Shown here: positions 62,201 to 64,000 of the stretch, one piece after another
Layout of the letters: every line of letters starts with the position of its first letter
How positions within the stretch are numbered: the stretch's first letter is position 1
Assembly (NCBI GenBank): GCA_050084985.1
Contig: JBITNC010000002.1
Span: 32,054,001 to 32,118,000, forward strand
Direction: 5' to 3'
Source of the DNA: Nageia nagi
Taxonomy: Eukaryota > Plantae > Pinophyta
DNA: 64,000 bases
The notes under the pieces: model-generated
What the model was told of the DNA's origin: nothing
The model's database searches: none
Seen by the model: the letters and a program-made list of their open reading frames with translations, nothing else
Program-made: the position numbers and the translations under genes

Positions 62201-64000
62201 TATCTTCACTGCTAGATTTGCCACTTCTCTTTTTGAACCACTAGTCCCCGAACTGTTAGATTTGCTGGATCTAGACCTGCTTGTTCTGGAGCTTCCACTT
62301 GATCTTGAGCTTCTCTCAGAATTTGAATTGCCCGAAGTACTATTGCTATTTGAATTACTTTTTCTATTCCTTTTGGGGGAGCTCCTACTATCGTGGCTTT
62401 CTCCTATGACAAATTCACCTTCCTCAATATCCATGGCTTCATTTGCGAACATGCCAGAATCCTTGTCCTTGTCCACACCCCTTCGGGAGGTTTTTTGTGT
62501 TCTAGGTTTCCGTGGGACCTTGGCCACATTCTTTGCCCTCGGCTTCCCTGTTCTTAATTCTTCAATGGTGTTAATAGGAGGACTCTTTCTAACTGCATTG
62601 ATGAGTGTATTCAATGGGAACGTAGGTGTTCCATGCTCCAAAATGTCTTTCTTCATTTCTTCCACCATAGCTACAAGGTGTTTCGACGGAGATCCTGGAT
62701 ATTGTGTTGTTGTGAAATTACCATATTCCCCTGTCCTTTCTTGTGGTCCCTCGGGGAATACTCCCATTATGACCTGTGAGGGCTCAAGATTCCTTACTGC
62801 ATTAAATCCTCTCAACTTTGTTATTTCAAAGTCAATACCCTTCTTCATCACTTCATCTAAATCAAGCCACTTCAACAATCCTTGATGAATCTTCAGAATC
62901 TCATTGTCTTTCATTACATTCTTGTACTTCTCCAGTAGGCCTATGGATTGATGAGTGATGCGTGTAGGCCATATCTTCGGATATGCTAAACAAAATTGGT
63001 GTATCTTCCCTTCTGGGTCATAGTTGCGATATATCTGGGTGATTGGGAAATCGTAGAGGTGAATCTCCTTAGCTGCCCACTCTACCTCCTTCCACCTGTT
63101 GCAGGAATATTCGCTAATAACAATAGGTGGATTGAACGTTGCATCTTTCTTCTTCCACACAAGGTTCCACAAATACAAGATTTGCTTGTAGAACTCCATT
63201 ATGATCAATCTGTTACTGGCATAACAGGGTAGTAAGATTGGTGGTTCCTAAGAACCCTATACCCTTATGTAGGTTGCACCGTTGCTCTCCAGGAAGAAGT
63301 CTCCATATGGCCTAACAACTTGATATGTGGAAGCCGAGACTCTGTCAACAATTGGATTTCCCTTAATTTTTCTCAATATTGGGTACTCCCACCCATCTAT
63401 CTTCATTCTACAATCTTCCCACTGGTCTACATACCAAAATTTGGGATAACAATTCCATACTGCATTGGTGGGATTTGATAATTTTTCTTAGTCCCCATGG
63501 GCGGAGGCCCTATTCTTTCCATCTAGAAGAAGAAACACTAAATATGAATTCATGTAAAACTCTTTTGTTTCTCCAATTTGCATCAATTGTTCACTTAATG
63601 CATCATTGAGAACCTTGCTCCACCTAATCTTCTTGCTCAATACAATCTGGTAGATGAAGCCAGTGAACTCGATTCTGAACGTGGAATCGTTTGGTTTTCC
63701 GATGATCCTATTTAAGAGACTAATGATTTGAGACAACATCATGGAAGGAAGTCCTATGGGCATTAGTCAACTTGGCTCCAATATAATGCTGGCAATCATC
63801 GAGCAACCATTGCTTAAGTAATTATGAGGGCTTGCTCAAATTGTAGTAGAAGGCTAAAGAATCTTTCAATGTGTATATCATCCCTTCGTTTGAAAGTTCA
63901 AAGGCCCCTTTAATTCCCTTCATCGAGAAGTCCATAGTCTTTTGACCCGTTGTATCAAAAAGGGCCCTTTCGAGGAAGTTACACCTTTTCCCAACTTCCC
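59233..64000 (-). mobile_element. Family G element copy 3 (LTR-like tail and accessory ORF), continues past the window end
   Basis: Terminus tgttggacaaaaac; tail homologous to 19400-19710; ORF homologous to copies 1 and 2. Confidence 0.82.
60655..64000 (-). pseudogene. Family G accessory ORF, best-preserved copy (several frameshifts and stops)
   Basis: ORFs 63488-63763 (IRWSKVLNDAL..FYMNSYLVF), 62135-63208 (WKKKDATFNPPI..RNYDPEG, Ser/Arg-rich tract), 61776-62174, 61242-61544 and 60990-61238. Confidence 0.85.

Noticed and set aside
62154-62885. 243-aa plus-strand ORF as a membrane protein gene
   Set aside because: It is the antisense shadow of the Ser/Arg/Lys-rich family G ORF. The same applies to 597-1052 and 15595-16257.

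Overview
Eukaryotic, AT-rich, transposon-saturated plant DNA. The TE-filled giant introns look gymnosperm/conifer-like, which is an inference. The only host gene I can support is ORC4 (origin recognition complex subunit 4) on the + strand. It has 12 coding exons from ATG 9217 to 58366, and its 3' exons lie beyond the window. An E2F site lies upstream. Intron 4 is 31.1 kb and intron 8 is 13.8 kb. Intron 10 (56001-58044) is probably U12-type, and exon 9 has an apparent 1-nt frameshift. The rest is nested mobile DNA: three Ty1/copia pieces, RT-less chromovirus-type Ty3/gypsy derivatives with patchwork interiors, solo LTRs with 5-bp TSDs, a full-length decayed hAT transposon with TIRs and an 8-bp TSD, and a hAT-type MITE. 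The least explained structure is an element family seen three times with its ORF and once as a terminus only. It has no gag-pol. It consists of a TG-terminus, an array of CG-containing motifs or ~50-bp palindromes, a single ~1,100-codon ORF of unknown function, and an LTR-like CA-terminus. No rRNA, tRNA or CRISPR was found. All alignments were done by eye. Boundaries without a TSD are approximate.
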